From positions 31,248,001 to 31,312,000 of the forward strand of contig OZ024752.1 in assembly GCA_964016885.1 (NCBI GenBank): a stretch of DNA of 64,000 nt, given 5' to 3'. Of this stretch, positions 47,526 to 61,517 are shown one piece after another; within the stretch, counting starts at the first letter, position 1; every line of letters starts with the position of its first letter. This DNA is from Eledone cirrhosa. Its lineage: Eukaryota. Below the pieces are notes generated by a model. That model did not search any database. It was given only the letters and a program-made list of their open reading frames with translations, and was not told the DNA's origin. The position numbers and the translations under genes were made by a program.

Positions 47526-47660
47526 AAAGTAATAATGTAAAACCTGAAGTTTGTTCTCGTTAACCTCATTATTAAATTGACCCCCTTGAATATTGGCCTC
47601 ACGTTGGGAATCACAGTTTACTCATTGTAATGACAAAGATTTGTAACATTCTCTATATAA

Positions 47661-47765
47661 TAATTGTTTCTACTTTTGGCACAAGGCCAGCAATTACCCA
47701 GTGTATTACTGGTACTTTATTTTATCGACCCCGTAAGGATGAAAGGCAAAGTTAACCTCGGCGTG
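47661..47765 (-). mobile_element. SINE 3' half
   Basis: Same consensus. Confidence 0.8.
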
Positions 47766-47820
47766 ATTTTTGTAATAATATGTTTGTCTGTTCAGGATAT
47801 TTCTAAAATGTAAATAGGAA

Positions 47821-47999
47821 TACGAGGCTCAGCTGAAAAAATCATAGGCTGACCAAGATGCTCTCATGGAATGAACAAATGGGGTTTATTTCTTTGGAAA
47901 GAAACAATGCAGTTATTAATAAGGTAATGCAAGCAAAATTACACACCACTAGTATCACACCTTCATAATCAGCCTATCAACTTTTCACATCACCCTCGT
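47821..47999. mobile_element. Mariner-type MITE; related copies at ~48172-48368 and ~51923-52093
   Basis: TA-CGAGG..TGAAAA..CATAGGCTGA / TCAGCCTAT.AACTTTTCA..CCCTCG TIRs; shared core GGAAAGAAACAATGCAG. Confidence 0.7.
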
Positions 48000-48042
48000 G
48001 TGTGTGTGTGTATATATTTGAAGTGTGTATACAATTTTGCGA

Positions 48043-48098
<56 letters not shown>

Positions 48099-48924
48099 TG
48101 TCCCAAAATTGTATACACCAACATCATTTTAATCAAAGTGTGTATACATTTTGAGGGGACACCCTGTATATTAGGGTCGGCTGAAAAGTTAATAATCTGA
48201 TCAAGATACTCTCATGGAATGATTAAATGAGGTTTATCTTTCAATATAGTTCTTAGAAAGAAACAAACAATGTAGCTATTAATAAGAAAAGGTGAAATTA
48301 ATGCAAGATTTCACAGCTCTAACATCACTCCTTCATAGTTATCCTATGGCCTTTCCAGCCAACTCTCTAATGGCATAAACGAAATATCGATAGCTTAGTA
48401 AGAGGCGAAGACTTATGAATGATAACTGTAATTTGTTGGTCAACGTAGTTTATTTTTGTCAGTGTATCTAGCAAAGATAGTTGAGATTACAAACGAGAAA
48501 GAAACAATAAGAAAACAAAAGAAAATTGTTATCAAAGTGAAATGACAGTTCGTGATAGTAGGGATAAAATGGAAGTAGGTTTTCGACATTAGAAAAGAAA
48601 TATTTTCTATCTCTCACTTTATTAATGTGAGGAAATTACAATCCTCTTTGAAATAAGATCGGAATAGAAAACTAGATTTTGAATTGTGTTTTGTTTTAAT
48701 CCAGTTCAGATCTGTTTTATTTTTATTTATCGAAATATTTCTTTTATATAGTAGAGATTCGAACATTTCAAAATCTTGGTGGTTCGTATTTCAGACCAAT
48801 GATCAACAACATTCTAACAGATTAAGAGGATTCTGGTGGTAAATTCTACATGAATGATAGAATGGATAGAGTAAAAGATATCTGTGGTCCATATGTTGTT
48901 ATCTTCTCTACATTATTTCAATGG

Positions 48925-49290
48925 CGATACCACTTCTTCTTCCACTTATTCATGAGAGGGTCGCGGGAGCAGAGTCCTCAAACACTCCTTCCAGCGGGTC
49001 CTGTGAGGGTCGTACGGGAGAGTCCTCAAACACTCCTTCCAGCGGGTCCTGTGAGGGTCGTGGGGTCAGAGTCGTCAAACACAGCGGGTCCTGTCGGAAG
49101 CAACCATCTCCAACTAATCTGGCTAGATCCCCAAGCGAGAACAGCCAAGCTCATGGATGTTATCCAACCATCTTGCTCGTGGTCTTCCGTTGGTTTTTGC
49201 CCGTAAAATCTGTCCAGCGATTCTTTCCTGAGACACTCTAACCACATGGCCATAGAGATGGAGCTGTAGTCTCTTAGTTCTCAAGTATAT
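48925..49290 (-). mobile_element. LINE 3' fragment (RTE-like RT C-terminus + UTR with a 49-bp duplication)
   Basis: LYGHVVRVSQERIAGQILRAKTNGRPRARWLDNI motif. Confidence 0.7.
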
Positions 49291-49461
49291 ATTCTTTTTA
49301 TTCTTCTTATATTTTAAAAAATTAAGATAAACTGTACTTTTCAAAGCTTGCACTAAGAATGAGGACAAAGTAAATTTAATACCTGCTTTTATAGCAAGTT
49401 TATGTAGCTTATCCCCGCCTACTTCTATTGTATGCAATTTAAATAAAAGGCTTATTATTTT

Positions 49462-49515
<54 letters not shown>

Positions 49516-49602
49516 CTCTCTCTCTAGAGAGAGAGATATGCCCCAAGGCTCTGATACCATCAACACTATAAACACAGAGCTGGCATATCTAAGAACTGAC
49601 TA

Positions 49603-49658
49603 ACTGCCTGATGAGGTCATAGCCATTCAATGGCTATCATCGAAATATATATAGCAGT
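49603..49658 (+). ncRNA. Type I HHR related to family F
   Basis: ACUGC-CUGAUGA-G..AUAGCCAU(UCA)AUGGCUAU..GAAA-UAUAUA-UA/GCAGU; stem II covaries with the 15827 copy. Confidence 0.8.
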
Positions 49659-49699
49659 AAATAAAGGATTATGAGTTCATGCAATTGAATTATGTTTCG

Positions 49700-49747
<48 letters not shown>

Positions 49748-50323
49748 ATACAATAACAGAGATAGCTTTAAGCTAAACTCCGACTGGTAACCATCTCACT
49801 CAACAAACATTAGGTTATACGTTAGTATAAACCCAATTTAAGTGTTTGGGGTGCTAACTATATGTATTTTGTGGAAAGCCAGTTGTATTATTTTATATGA
49901 GATATAATTAAAGTTAAAATATATCTCTCTTTCCAAACAATTGTTTCATTATAAGTTTTCTACAAGTTTGGAGAATGTTTCCAGTTTATGTAGAAGCCTA
50001 ACATATTTTCATGTAAGAAAATATTTAGGTGGGCACTTATAAATCGTCAGTGGAAGCCCATTAAACTTTGATATAAGAAAAAATTCCTTACCACAGTTAA
50101 TTTCCGTGTCCGCTAAGTTGTTCCTTCACGCATCGAATGACCGCCAAATTTGAAATTCCAGCAGTCTTTTGACTGAGGAAGTATCATAGCGTCACGAAGC
50201 GGAAAAGGGAGACAACCACGATTCACGAGAAAAGTAAAATAATATACACGTGGTATATATATAGTGTGTGTGTGACGTATTAATAAATCTGGAAAAGAAT
50301 GGGTACTGCTGTAAGTATAATCT

Positions 50324-50344
<21 letters not shown>

Positions 50345-50358
<14 letters not shown>

Positions 50359-50837
50359 ATAGTGACCTAAGATAACAATAAATAAACATACACAGGTACA
50401 ATAACAACAACCGTACATAAACACACACTAGTGAGCAAAGATGGAATACGAACACACACACAAACGCATGCGCAAACAGACAAGAATAAATAATAGAATA
50501 GACATTACAATACAACGGGAAAAAACATAATAGTACCATTGATGATGTTACAGGGGTGTGATGAAAGAGCTTTGATAGACTATATATATATATATATATA
50601 TATTTATATCTATATTTTTAACCGTTGGTCAATCAATGATAAACATTGATTGCCAACTAAATTGACTATAGGGATTTAAAATATACAGAAGCGAAAGCCA
50701 ATCCAAACCAAACAGTGAGTGTGTTTTATTATTATTTCTGGCAATATTATAACAATTTGACCCTCCATAAATATAACAATATTTGTTTCAACACACGATT
50801 TCATATTGAAAACCTGGCAAAACAAATTCATCGCCGT
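50345..50837 (+). mobile_element. Diverged family D-like PLE 3' end with tail and decayed HHR (~50535-50575)
   Basis: 50685-50837 aligns to the reverse complement of 6406-6555 (e.g. AATTCATCGCCG, ACACACGATTTCATAT, GACCCTCC..AAATATAACAAT). Confidence 0.75.
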
Positions 50838-50849
50838 ATATATATATAT

Positions 50850-51075
50850 ATAACGAAGGAAATGTGGTAAGGAACCAGGTGGACCACAACGCACCAAAGT
50901 ACTCAATACTTAGGGTAGTAGAGTGGGTAATAGGAACGAGTAGGACCCCGACGGCTGAGCTCAAGCCGTTTCGACGGCTAATTCTGGACTCTGGACTCGT
51001 CCAGAATTCTGGACGAGTCCAGAATTAGCCGTCGAAACGGCTTGAGCTCAGCCGTCGGCGTCCTACTCGTTCCTA
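50850..51075 (-). mobile_element. Family A mini fold-back (tail + half HHR + inverted arm); further copies at 56493-56688, 57103-57274 (opposite strand, diverged) and 63314-63508
   Basis: Matches 258-395; all four copies are flanked by TA. Confidence 0.9.
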
Positions 51076-52344
51076 TATATATATACACATATATATGATA
51101 CTCTGTACTTCGAAGAAACAAATTGTATAATATGGCGAACCGCTTATGAATCAATGTTTCTTTTCTTCAAATATCAAATTGATGTAATATATGTTACAAT
51201 ATTTCTGCTTGAGATTCTGTCAAGATCTGATTCAGTGTGTCAGTTGGAAATGCTCAAGACAACACTGTATTCACAAGTTATATTTCACTGAAACTTTTAT
51301 TAGTTATGTTATATTCATTGTGTTGGCAAACTTGAGATATGATAATTTAAAATAATTTTTCTCGGAACACTGAGATGCGGAATTGTGTGACATCCGGAAT
51401 AGGCTATTTAATTTTCTTCCATATATAATTTCTGTTAGAAATTTGGCTTCGTTTTGCTGATTGCAATGTTTACATACACCAAGGAGATTCGTTTCTTTTC
51501 CATTCATAATTTGAAGAATTCAACCGCATGAATTAACAAGTGGAAGCATTATGGCTGAGAAGTTAAAATGTTTTTATTTGCAATCGTGAGGTTCCATGTT
51601 CAATCCCACGGTACTACAGCTTGGGTGAGTGTCTTTTACTGTAATTACGGGTCGCCCCAAACCCTCCGAGTGGACTCGTGTAGTCAGAAACTACGGAAGG
51701 CCGACAAATGGATTGTACTTGTAATTCAAGGGTCCAATCTTGTTACATATTGTGTTAAGCTAATTCGGCCTGAGAATTATGTTGGGGCTACACGTGTCTA
51801 TTGAATACCCAGCCGTTTACACAATAATTTAACAATTATGACGTTCAGGTTTATCGAACAAAACCAACGAAATATGTATTGGATTATATCGCTATTATGG
51901 AGCAAACCCTTTACATGCAATATACGAGGGTCGGATAAAAAGATACTCTCAGGGAATGACCAAATTAGGTTTATTTTTTCTCTGGAAAGAAACAATGCAG
52001 TTGTTAATAATAAGAGTTGAAATGGACGCTTTCAAGAGTTCACAGCTCTAACACCAATCCTTCATAGTCAGCCTATGAACCTCTTATATCAGCTGTTCCT
52101 GTTCTTTATAACGTTTAAAACTCAGTCATAGTGACAGAAATTCTTTTCTCAATGATAGAAAAATTAATAGCACTCGTACTCTCTGACTAAATAGAATAAT
52201 TTTAGGAAATGTTTCAAAGTTCATGGAATATTATTTTTATTATTTACTCTGAAGCCAAGGGCTTAACATGTTCTAGTTAATGAAAACCTCAAATTTCTAA
52301 ATCTTATTACAAATATAAAAATAACATAATAGGTATCAAATGAT

Positions 52345-52515
52345 CTGCATCAGTGAGCTGCTCAACATTACCAAACGTAGACCAATTACATCAATTGTCA
52401 AGTCAAGAGTACTCAAACTATATGGTTATATAAAAAGATCAACTCGTGGTGTGAGTAGGTTTTACCTGGAAGGAAGGTTGGCTGGTAAGAGAAGAAGCAG
52501 AGGCCGACAGCGACT
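52345..52515 (+). pseudogene. LINE (RTE-like) RT C-terminal fragment
   Basis: IVKSRVLKLYGYIKR...LEGRLAGKRRSRGRQR. Confidence 0.55.
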
Positions 52516-54125
52516 GACGGAGTTTAGTGATGAAGAGAGAGTTATCAAATAGGCTGAAACGTTAGTGCGAAGGATTAAAAGATTTATGGGATTCGTTTCG
52601 GCACTCTGAGTTCAAATCCCAATTAGGTGTTTGGGGTCGATATATAGAAAACAACCCAAGGTGATGAATTGGCTGAAATGTTAAAAAATTGGATTAGATG
52701 CCGTGTATTATATGCTCCCGTTCTTTGCATCGGAATTCAAATTCCAACTAAGAACCTATATAAAGAAAGGAAAAAAGCAGATCGTCAGGTCGGAGCTAGA
52801 AAACTGTTTTTATTGGTTTTTACATTGTTGATACAATCTGCCGGCACAACTCCTGGTAGGAGACGGGATTTGAACATAAAACATAAAGAGTTGGATCAGA
52901 CATCATAAAACATTCTCTGCGAATCTCTTATAATTTTGCCAATCTACCGCCTCTGCGACTGGTACTTTACTCTTTAGACTTGAAATGAAGAAAGATGAAG
53001 TTGTTCTCGATGAAACCAGAACTCAGATCGTAGAAATCTGGAACAAATGCCTTGGCATTTAATCCGGCATTCTAACGATTCTTCCAATAGCTTTTATATG
53101 AAGAAATTCATAATAACATTATGACTTTTATATTACCATAATGATGAGCAGATTACAATTTAATTGTATATCTTTAGTCATGTGTAAAGGAAATCAGCAT
53201 TAGTATCGATGACCTGTCCTGGGGGTACGGTTTAGAATTTCATTCAGACCAGTACACTTTCGACACATTGGTTACTTTAATTGCGGATTTGACAACGAAA
53301 AGCAAAGCTACTGTTGCGTTGCCTCATCAATTTCCGATAGTTTCCTCTTCACAATACTACAGGAAATATATTGATAACAACTATAACAGCTATAAAATAT
53401 ACAATCTCTTCTCCATTCATCCCTTCATCAATTTTCTGGGATCACCCTATGGAGTCTCTCCTGAAGTGAATGAGTGGGAATGGAGTTTTAAGTGAATATT
53501 GTCTGATGTATTCAATATTTAATGATTAATACTAAAAATAAAAACACTGTAGAGAAGTGTAGGTTGTTTCAATCACAGGCAACTATGTAAGCTATGTTGT
53601 GTTTGTTTTAGTAAGAATCTTCCACCAACACCCCTTCAGTTGAAATGTGTCAATGTAACAATGTCCACAATGCCAGTAATAGTTCAGGGGGTTTTACGTT
53701 TCAGAGTGTTTTTATGAGATAAAGTTGGTGCAAAGGACACATAGTTTTCATACTTTTAAGGGCTCCAAAATAAAGAATGCGCCACCAGATGTTACTCAAC
53801 TTGGAAACGAAATTATGTTAAGTGATATGCTGAAAAACTTTTGTAAATCAATTGTAAATCAATTTTTATATCTGATAGCAAGCGGAACAGATTTCTTAAT
53901 CGTAAACGCTGCACATTAATATGTATCTACCTAGCCAGACATAAAAAAAAGTCTTAAGTCTGTCCCAAGCCTGAGGGCTCATCAGGCCGGTCCTTATCCC
54001 AGTTTCTGTGGCGTTAAGCGACTGTGAGTACAAAACTCCTTCATCCCCTGGACAGGACGCTAGTCCATTGCAAGGTTAACACCCCAACTACTACTGCTGG
54101 TACTCATTGTCAGCAGAGTATAGTG

Positions 54126-55708
54126 CAGGGGTGTGCAACATATTCCAATGGCGGGCTACTTTTGAACATTGGAACAACTATTAGAGCTAGTCACTGTTAA
54201 AAATATGTAATCTAATGAAAACTGCGACTTCTTTCCATAACATGGAACTGGGAAATTATAACACACATAACCCTATCAGTGAAGCCCTTTAGTATAGGTC
54301 AACTGGGAAATTATAACACACGTAACCCTATCAGTGAAGCCCTTTAGTATAGGTCAACTGGGAAATTATAACACACATAACCCTATCAGTGAAGCCCTTT
54401 AGTGTAGGTCAACTGGGAAATTATAACACACATAACCCTATCAGTGAAGCCCTTTAGTGTAGGTCAACTGGGAAATTATAACACACATAACCCTATCAGT
54501 GAAGCCCTTTAGTATAGGTCAACTGGGAAATTATAACACACATAACCCTATCAGTGAAGCCCTTTAGTATAGGTCAACTGGGAAATTATAACACACATAA
54601 CCCTATCAGTGAAGCCCTTTAGTGTAGGTCAACTGGGAAATTATAACACACATAACCTTATCAGTGAAGCCCTTTAGTATAGGTGAACTGGGAAATTATA
54701 ACACACATAACCCTATCAGTGAAGCCCGTTAGTATAGGTCAACTGGGAAATTATAACACACATAACCCTATCAGTGAAGCCCTTTAGTATAGGTCAACTG
54801 GGAAATTATAACACACATAGCCCTATCAGTGAAGCCCGTTAGTATAGGTCAACTAGGAAATTATAACACACATAACCCTATCAGTGAAGCCCGTTAGTAT
54901 AGGTCAACTAGGAAATTATAACACACATAACCCTATCAGTGAAACCCTTTAGTATAGGTCAACTAGGAAATTATAACACACATAACCCTATCAGTGAAGC
55001 CCGTTAGTATAGGTCAACTAGGAAATTATAACACACATAATCCTATCAGTGAAACCCTTTAGTATAGGTCGACTAGGAAATTATAACACACATAACCCTA
55101 TCAGTGAAGCCCTTTAGTATAGGTGAACTGGGAAATTATAACACACATAACCCTATCAGTGAAGCCCGTTAGTATAGGTCAACTGGGAAATTATAACACA
55201 CATAACCCTATCAGTGAAGCCCTTTAGTATAGGTCAACTGGGAAATTATAACACACATAGCCCTATCAGTGAAGCCCGTTAGTATAGGTCAACTAGGAAA
55301 TTATAACACACATAACCCTATCAGTGAAGCCCGTTAGTATAGGTCAACTAGGAAATTATAACACACATAACCCTATCAGTGAAACCCTTTAGTATAGGTC
55401 AACTAGGAAATTATAACACACATAACCCTATCAGTGAAGCCCGTTAGTATAGGTCAACTAGGAAATTATAACACACATAATCCTATCAGTGAAACCCTTT
55501 AGTATAGGTCAACTAGGAAATTATAACACACATAACCCTATCAGTGAAGCCCTTTAGTATAGGTCAACTAACAGAAAATTGTATTAGAGTTACGAAAAAA
55601 ATTCTAAATAAGCCTACAAGGTAAAAATTAAAAACGGTCATCGCGGGTCACTCTGACTGGTCTGGCGGGCCGGATTGTGGCCCGTGGGCCGCCTGTTGCA
55701 CGCCCCTC
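54126..55708. mobile_element. Non-autonomous hAT element with 8-bp TSD
   Basis: TIRs CAGGGGTGTGCAAC / GTTGCACGCCCCTC; TSD GTATAGTG at 54118-54125 and 55709-55716. Confidence 0.9.
54246..55570. repeat. 55-bp tandem array, 24 copies, inside the hAT element
   Basis: Unit AACTGGGAAATTATAACACACATAACCCTATCAGTGAAGCCCTTTAGTATAGGTC. Confidence 0.97.
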
Positions 55709-56445
55709 GTATAGTGGAACAACGTGAAATGAAATGTTTTTCTCAAGGACACAACACAAGACAACGCACAACCCAAGTCCGGAAATGGAACCCACGACAT
55801 CGTAAGTTCAACACTCTTACTACTTGGCCACGTGCAAATATAGATGAATAAATTAATAATACAACAGAAATAAAATAGGAATCTTGTCATCTATTCAATA
55901 CAGGGGGAACTGTTATATTTGATATAAAACATTTATCGCTTTAAATCTATTCTTATCGTTTATATATCCATCTATCTATCTATCTATCTGATTTGTTTGT
56001 TTATTTAATTATTTATTCGTTAATATATATTTCATTATGTATGTAACATTTATTTCGTATATATTTTTCAAATTTAGCAATAGGATATTAAAAATAAATA
56101 TATATGTTTTTCCCACATAAACTACAATTATATGTAAAATCAATTCCGTTGAAATGAGCGCTGTTTCTGCACCATTTCAATCTGACATGTATTTAATTCG
56201 TAATAGTTAAACAGTTATGGCAAATGTCAAACGTTAGTTTTTAACATTAACTGTCGCCGTCGCCATATTTTTTTTATTGGAGATTTTAATCTCTCAACAT
56301 GACAACGTTCTTCTCTGATGTGAATTACGTATATAAAAATGCAGGAAATTTCACACGTTTTTATAACTATTATACATACGTACATACACTTATAAAGCAG
56401 TATGCTTTATACACTAACACAATGCTTGAAGCAAACTACAATACC

Positions 56446-56496
<51 letters not shown>

Positions 56497-57304
56497 CGAA
56501 GGAAATGTGGTAAGGAACCAGGTGGACCATAACGCACCAAAGTACTCAATACTTGGGGTAGTAGAGTGGGTAATAGGAACCAGTAAGACCCCGACGGCTG
56601 AGCTCAAGCCGTTTCGACGGCTAATTCTGCACCAGAATTAGCCGTCGAAACGGCTTGAGCTCAGCCGTCGGGGTCTTACTGGTTCCTATATATATATATA
56701 TATATATGTATCGACAGTTGATCGACTTTCGTCAAATCGGACCGAGGAAACAATGTTTCCATTGGTCTTTCCAATTGCTAGTACTATCTATCGGTCGCAT
56801 CTCCAGGTAGAAGGAGCAATGTATCTTGTCCAAGGACATAACGCATCGCCCGGTCCGGGAATGGAACTCACAACCACACGATTGTGAATATATATATATA
56901 TATATATATATATAGCAAATTTAATAAAGAAATTGCTTTTACAAGACTGGAACTGTTTCATTCGAAGGAAATCAGTTCTAGCTCTGTAGAAGCCATTTCT
57001 ATATTATATTTGTAGTATACACTCTTCTAATGCATTGAGTACTTTACTTACTATAATTACACCCGATTGAAGCCAGCCCCTCCCTCTCTCTCTATATATA
57101 TATAGGAAAAAGAGTCAGGACCCCAACGGCTGAGCTTCGACAGTTAGATCTGAACCCAAATCTAGCTGTCGAAACGGCCCGACTCTTTTACTATTATCCA
57201 CTCTACTACCCAATGTATTGAGTACTCTGGTGAGTTATGGTCCACCTGGTTCCTTACCACACTTCCTTTGTTATATATAATATACATATATATATATATA
57301 TATA

Positions 57305-58990
57305 ATTGCAAAAGGCCAGCAATTACCCAGTGCATTACTGGTACTTTATTTTATCGACCCCGTAAGGATGAAAGGCAAAGTCAACCTCGGCGGGATTTGA
57401 ACTCAGATCGTAAAGGGACGTAACTATGCTGGAAAGCATGGCGTCCGACCCTCAATGTATGTCTGTGTGTGTAGAAAAGGCTTCTACGGGACTAGAACTG
57501 TTTCATTCGTATGAAATCATCAGGAATAAACCTCTGTGGCCACTCTACATATGTATTGAGTACCATATATACTGTGGTTACCCCCTCATTCAACTCAGGA
57601 TCAACATATATATAAATATAGGTGGGGGGGAGATGTGTGTGTATATATTTTCTTTTTGCGAAGGCACGTGATTTAGTGGTTAGGGGTTTCAGCTCACAAT
57701 CGTACTATAGTGTGTTCGATTCCAGGACTGAGCAATGCGTTGTGTCCTTGAGCAATACACTCTATTTCCTATTGCTCCAGTCCACACAGTTGGTAAAAGT
57801 GAGTTATACCTGTAATTCAAAGAGCCAGCCTTGTCTTATTGTCACGCCGAATCTCCCTGAGAACTAGGTTAATGTATACGTGTTGGTAGAAAAGCAAAGC
57901 TAACCTCGGCGGGATTTGAACTCAGGACGTTAAAGGACTATAACTATATACCGCAAAGCATGTTGTCTGACGCTCTACCGATTACTGCCAATCCATCACC
58001 CTTGTATACTAAAAATAATGAAATTTTCCTAATATGTGATTTCACACTAAGAGCCAAATATCTGTTGAAACATGTGGCTCCACCTGTAACCAATGCAATG
58101 TGCTCACAGAACTCTCCATTGTTTAATCCTGCATATTATTTTGGCAGTATCGGTGGAGGGTCGGACGCCATGCTTTCCAGCATAGTTACGTCCCTTTACG
58201 ATCTGAGTTCAAATCCCGCCGAGGTTGACTTTGCCTTTCATCCTTACGGGGTCGATAAAATAAAGTACCAGTAATGCACTGGGTAATTGCTGGCCTTGTG
58301 CCTAAAGTAGAAACAATTATTTGTCTATATCAAACATTACATCTACTGTGACAGGTTGAACAAAACTGTACGGAGCATGTGTAGCAAATACATGCGCAAA
58401 GGCTCGGTGACGTAACTTCCGCCAAAGTGTGACAAGCGCGAATATTCGAACCGAACATTTTAGTTGCTGCTAGTTTTTCAGCCTGTCACGTGCTCCTTCT
58501 CCTATCGCCAACTCAGAGGGTCGGACGTCATGATCGGTAGAGGGTCGGACGTCATGCTTTGACGCATAGAGTTACGGCCCTTTCCATTCTGAGTCCAAAT
58601 CCCGCCGAGGTCAACTTTGCCTTTCATCCTTACGGGGTCGATAAAATAAAGTACCAGTAATGTACTGGGTAATTGCTGGCCTTGTGCCAAAAGTAGAAAC
58701 AATTATTCTTATATACGAAGCAAGTACTTTACTTCTTCAACGTGAGTAACTAAAAGCTAATATCTGCAACACTCATGGACTTGGACATTATTTCCCTACA
58801 TACAGTGGATTGGCAGTATCGGTAGAGGGTCGGACGCCATGCTTTCCAGCATAGTTACGTCCCTTTACGATCTGAGTTCAAATCCCGCCGAGGTTGACTT
58901 TGCCTTTCATCCTTACGGGGTCGATAAAATAAAGTACCAGTAATGCACTGGGTAATTGCTGGCCTTGTGCCTAAAGTAGAAACAGTTATT
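57305..58990. mobile_element. SINE copies (- 57305-57455; - 57890-57998; + 58141-58320; + 58515-58706; + 58806-58990)
   Basis: Same consensus; the 58141 and 58806 copies are nearly identical. Confidence 0.85.
57482..57526 (-). ncRNA. Decayed type I HHR (family N); related half-HHR fold-back at ~56935-56996
   Basis: UUC-CUGAUGA-U-UUC(AUAC)GAA-U-GAAA-CAG...CCG-UA/GAA. Confidence 0.45.
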
Positions 58991-59381
58991 TCCCTACATA
59001 CACCTTTGTCACATATTCTGCATTAGCCATGCTTGTCACTTGGCATAATAAATTCTTATGTTTGTTTTCAATCAAAACGCCTTCTGATTTATTATATACC
59101 TTTTTATTTCACTGCTGACCGCCTTGCTACAATTGGTGACCTCGACGTGATTATAGTTTTTCCTTCTATCCATAGTAACAGAGATTGGTTGGATTAATTT
59201 CAGCTTTTGTTAAATCTACATTCTGTTGACTCAGTCCTTCCTTAGATACTTCAGTCTTCTAAAAGTTGGGGGCCGTTGTAAACCTATCTCCACCACAGTA
59301 AACTCATCTGGTTTCCACCACAAGTAAATAAAATCTATGATTTACGATATCAACATTAATCCTTATACACAGTAATGTTCA

Positions 59382-59422
<41 letters not shown>

Positions 59423-59789
59423 ACACAGGGTGTCCCCAAAAGATGTATACATACTTTAATCACCTATACAAGCAATATTTATTAGAAGGCTGTTGAAGTG
59501 TGTATACATTTTGTTGGGGCAACCTGTGTATGTATGTATGTGTATGTATGTATGTATATGTGTGTGTATGCCTGACTGTAAGGCCTTAATTCCTTATAAC
59601 ATATGTATATTGTATGTGTGTGTGTTGTGATGTTTATAGTATTTTCTGTAATTTTTTAACTGATTATCTTGTCCACTATACAATGTATATAATTCCAGTA
59701 TCACGTGTTTACTCCAATTATCGGTTAGTTCGGACATTCGGCTAAAACAAAGAATCCTGCTGCTATTAATACGGTTTAACGAAGGCTCG

Positions 59790-59837
<48 letters not shown>

Positions 59838-61517
59838 AATGTAACGTCCGTTACTGTAGGTACAGTTCCGACGAGCTTTTGATTCCAGAGTCGGGCTAGA
59901 TCGATGCAGATCGAACCTTGAGCTGATCAATAGTAAAACGCGCGTCACTAATCAATAAACGTAATGAAGACATAAACCGTCCTTATTACACACGCACGCG
60001 CATGGTCCACTTTCTATATACGGTCAACATTTTGCCTTTCATCTATTCAAGGTCGATAAATAAAGTACCTGTCTAGTACTGTGGTCCATTATTCCTCACA
60101 TCCACTCTATCACTCTTTATCATTCTCTGGAAGAAATTAGTTGTGTTCAGATTTTGGAGAGGAGGTGGGCTCTGTTAGGTTTATAAATAGTTACGAGACC
60201 ATACATACATATGTTTACAGTCAATTGAAGCCGTATATTCAACACACACTCGCATATATATATATATATAAAGGGAAATCTGGCCATATGTGTATTGGTC
60301 GGTGAAGTGAATAACACGTCCGGCTGGTAACATTTCAATGGAAAATTGCATCTCGTTTGTATGTTTGTCAGAAGAGAACGTATGCAGCAGTTATACAACT
60401 ACCGTACATCTTCGAATTACGTATAACGAATAATATAGGGATGTACGAATAAAACCGTCTCTCTTATTTATTGTCTATATATATATATGTGTGTGTGTGT
60501 ATATATGTATATATATATACGGAGGGACGTGTATTTTTGACGGATGTGAGAAAAAGTACTCAATACCGAAGTAGAGTTGTAGATAATCCTGCGAGTGTAC
60601 AGGTGAAACTCCAAAGTAACAAGGCTATTAAATGACATAATATTTCGATGTTAATACCCTCTTTTCATGCGAAAACCCTGAAATATTATATTGAAATATA
60701 CTTGGTAAACAAAACATTATTTTGTTTTATTTTATTTGTCACCCTTCGCCCTGTATGTTTCTACAGCATTGTACCGGCTTTCTGAAATACTTATTAATCA
60801 TTTATTATATCCATATATATATTGGTATGAAAAAATCTGAAAAAAATTTGTTCTTATATTCTGTGGGCAGTTAGTCCTTATGTGAGCTTCTTATATATAT
60901 GCTGTTTATGATGTTGAGGTGTGGTCAATCCTGATATGTGGAACCCCACTTCCACCGTCATCACAACCTATCTTCACACACACAAACACAACACACGAGA
61001 TTTTGAGAGAAATTTCTTATGTTCTAACTTCCTTCAGAATATGAGAACAAACTTTTAAAGTATTTGATAAGATTAACATACCAATCAAAACCGGTAATAT
61101 TTGATAAATTGACTTAAATTCATTTAATGTAACAAGTATAAAAATATTTATTCTGATTGATTAACGAAATCATCTTATTTGGCGATAAATTGTGATTCCT
61201 TGCATTGGATGTAGGAAACGTTGTCTTTGACTTTGTAGATGGGAAAAATTCTAAAATTGCGTTGTTCATTTTGTATGCGCAGGTCACGACACCCCCCCCC
61301 ACCCCACCCCATTAAATTAATGTTTTGATATTTCACTGAAAAAATCTCAAAACTTTTTCTGTAGACAGAAAATTTTTTTTACCTTCTCTACTATTTGTTT
61401 TTATATATATCAACTCGGGTGTTATCTTTCTACATTCGATATATATATGTGTGTGTGTGTATATATATATGTGTGTGTGTATAATATGTATGTATTATGT
61501 TTATATATATATATATA

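Larger units (their letters stand above)
53955..55832 (-). mobile_element. Second tRNA-derived SINE family, split by the hAT insertion; related copy at ~57665-57880 (+)
   Basis: The halves join across the TSD; GTGTCCTTGAG.AA and CTAGCGTCCTGTCCAGGGG motifs. Confidence 0.65.

Noticed and set aside
45095-47614. Cys/His-rich 29-aa repeat resembling a C2H2 zinc-finger array
   Set aside because: No CxxC-x12-HxxxH spacing or TGEKP linker; 86-bp units shift the frame.
54246-55570. CRISPR-like array or tetO-like CCCTATCAGTGA repeats
   Set aside because: No unique spacers and no cas genes. Only part of tetO matches, without the palindrome, and it lies inside a native hAT element.
59840-59990. TGTAA...TTACA segment resembling a solo LTR
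   Set aside because: Only ~150 bp and no target-site duplication.
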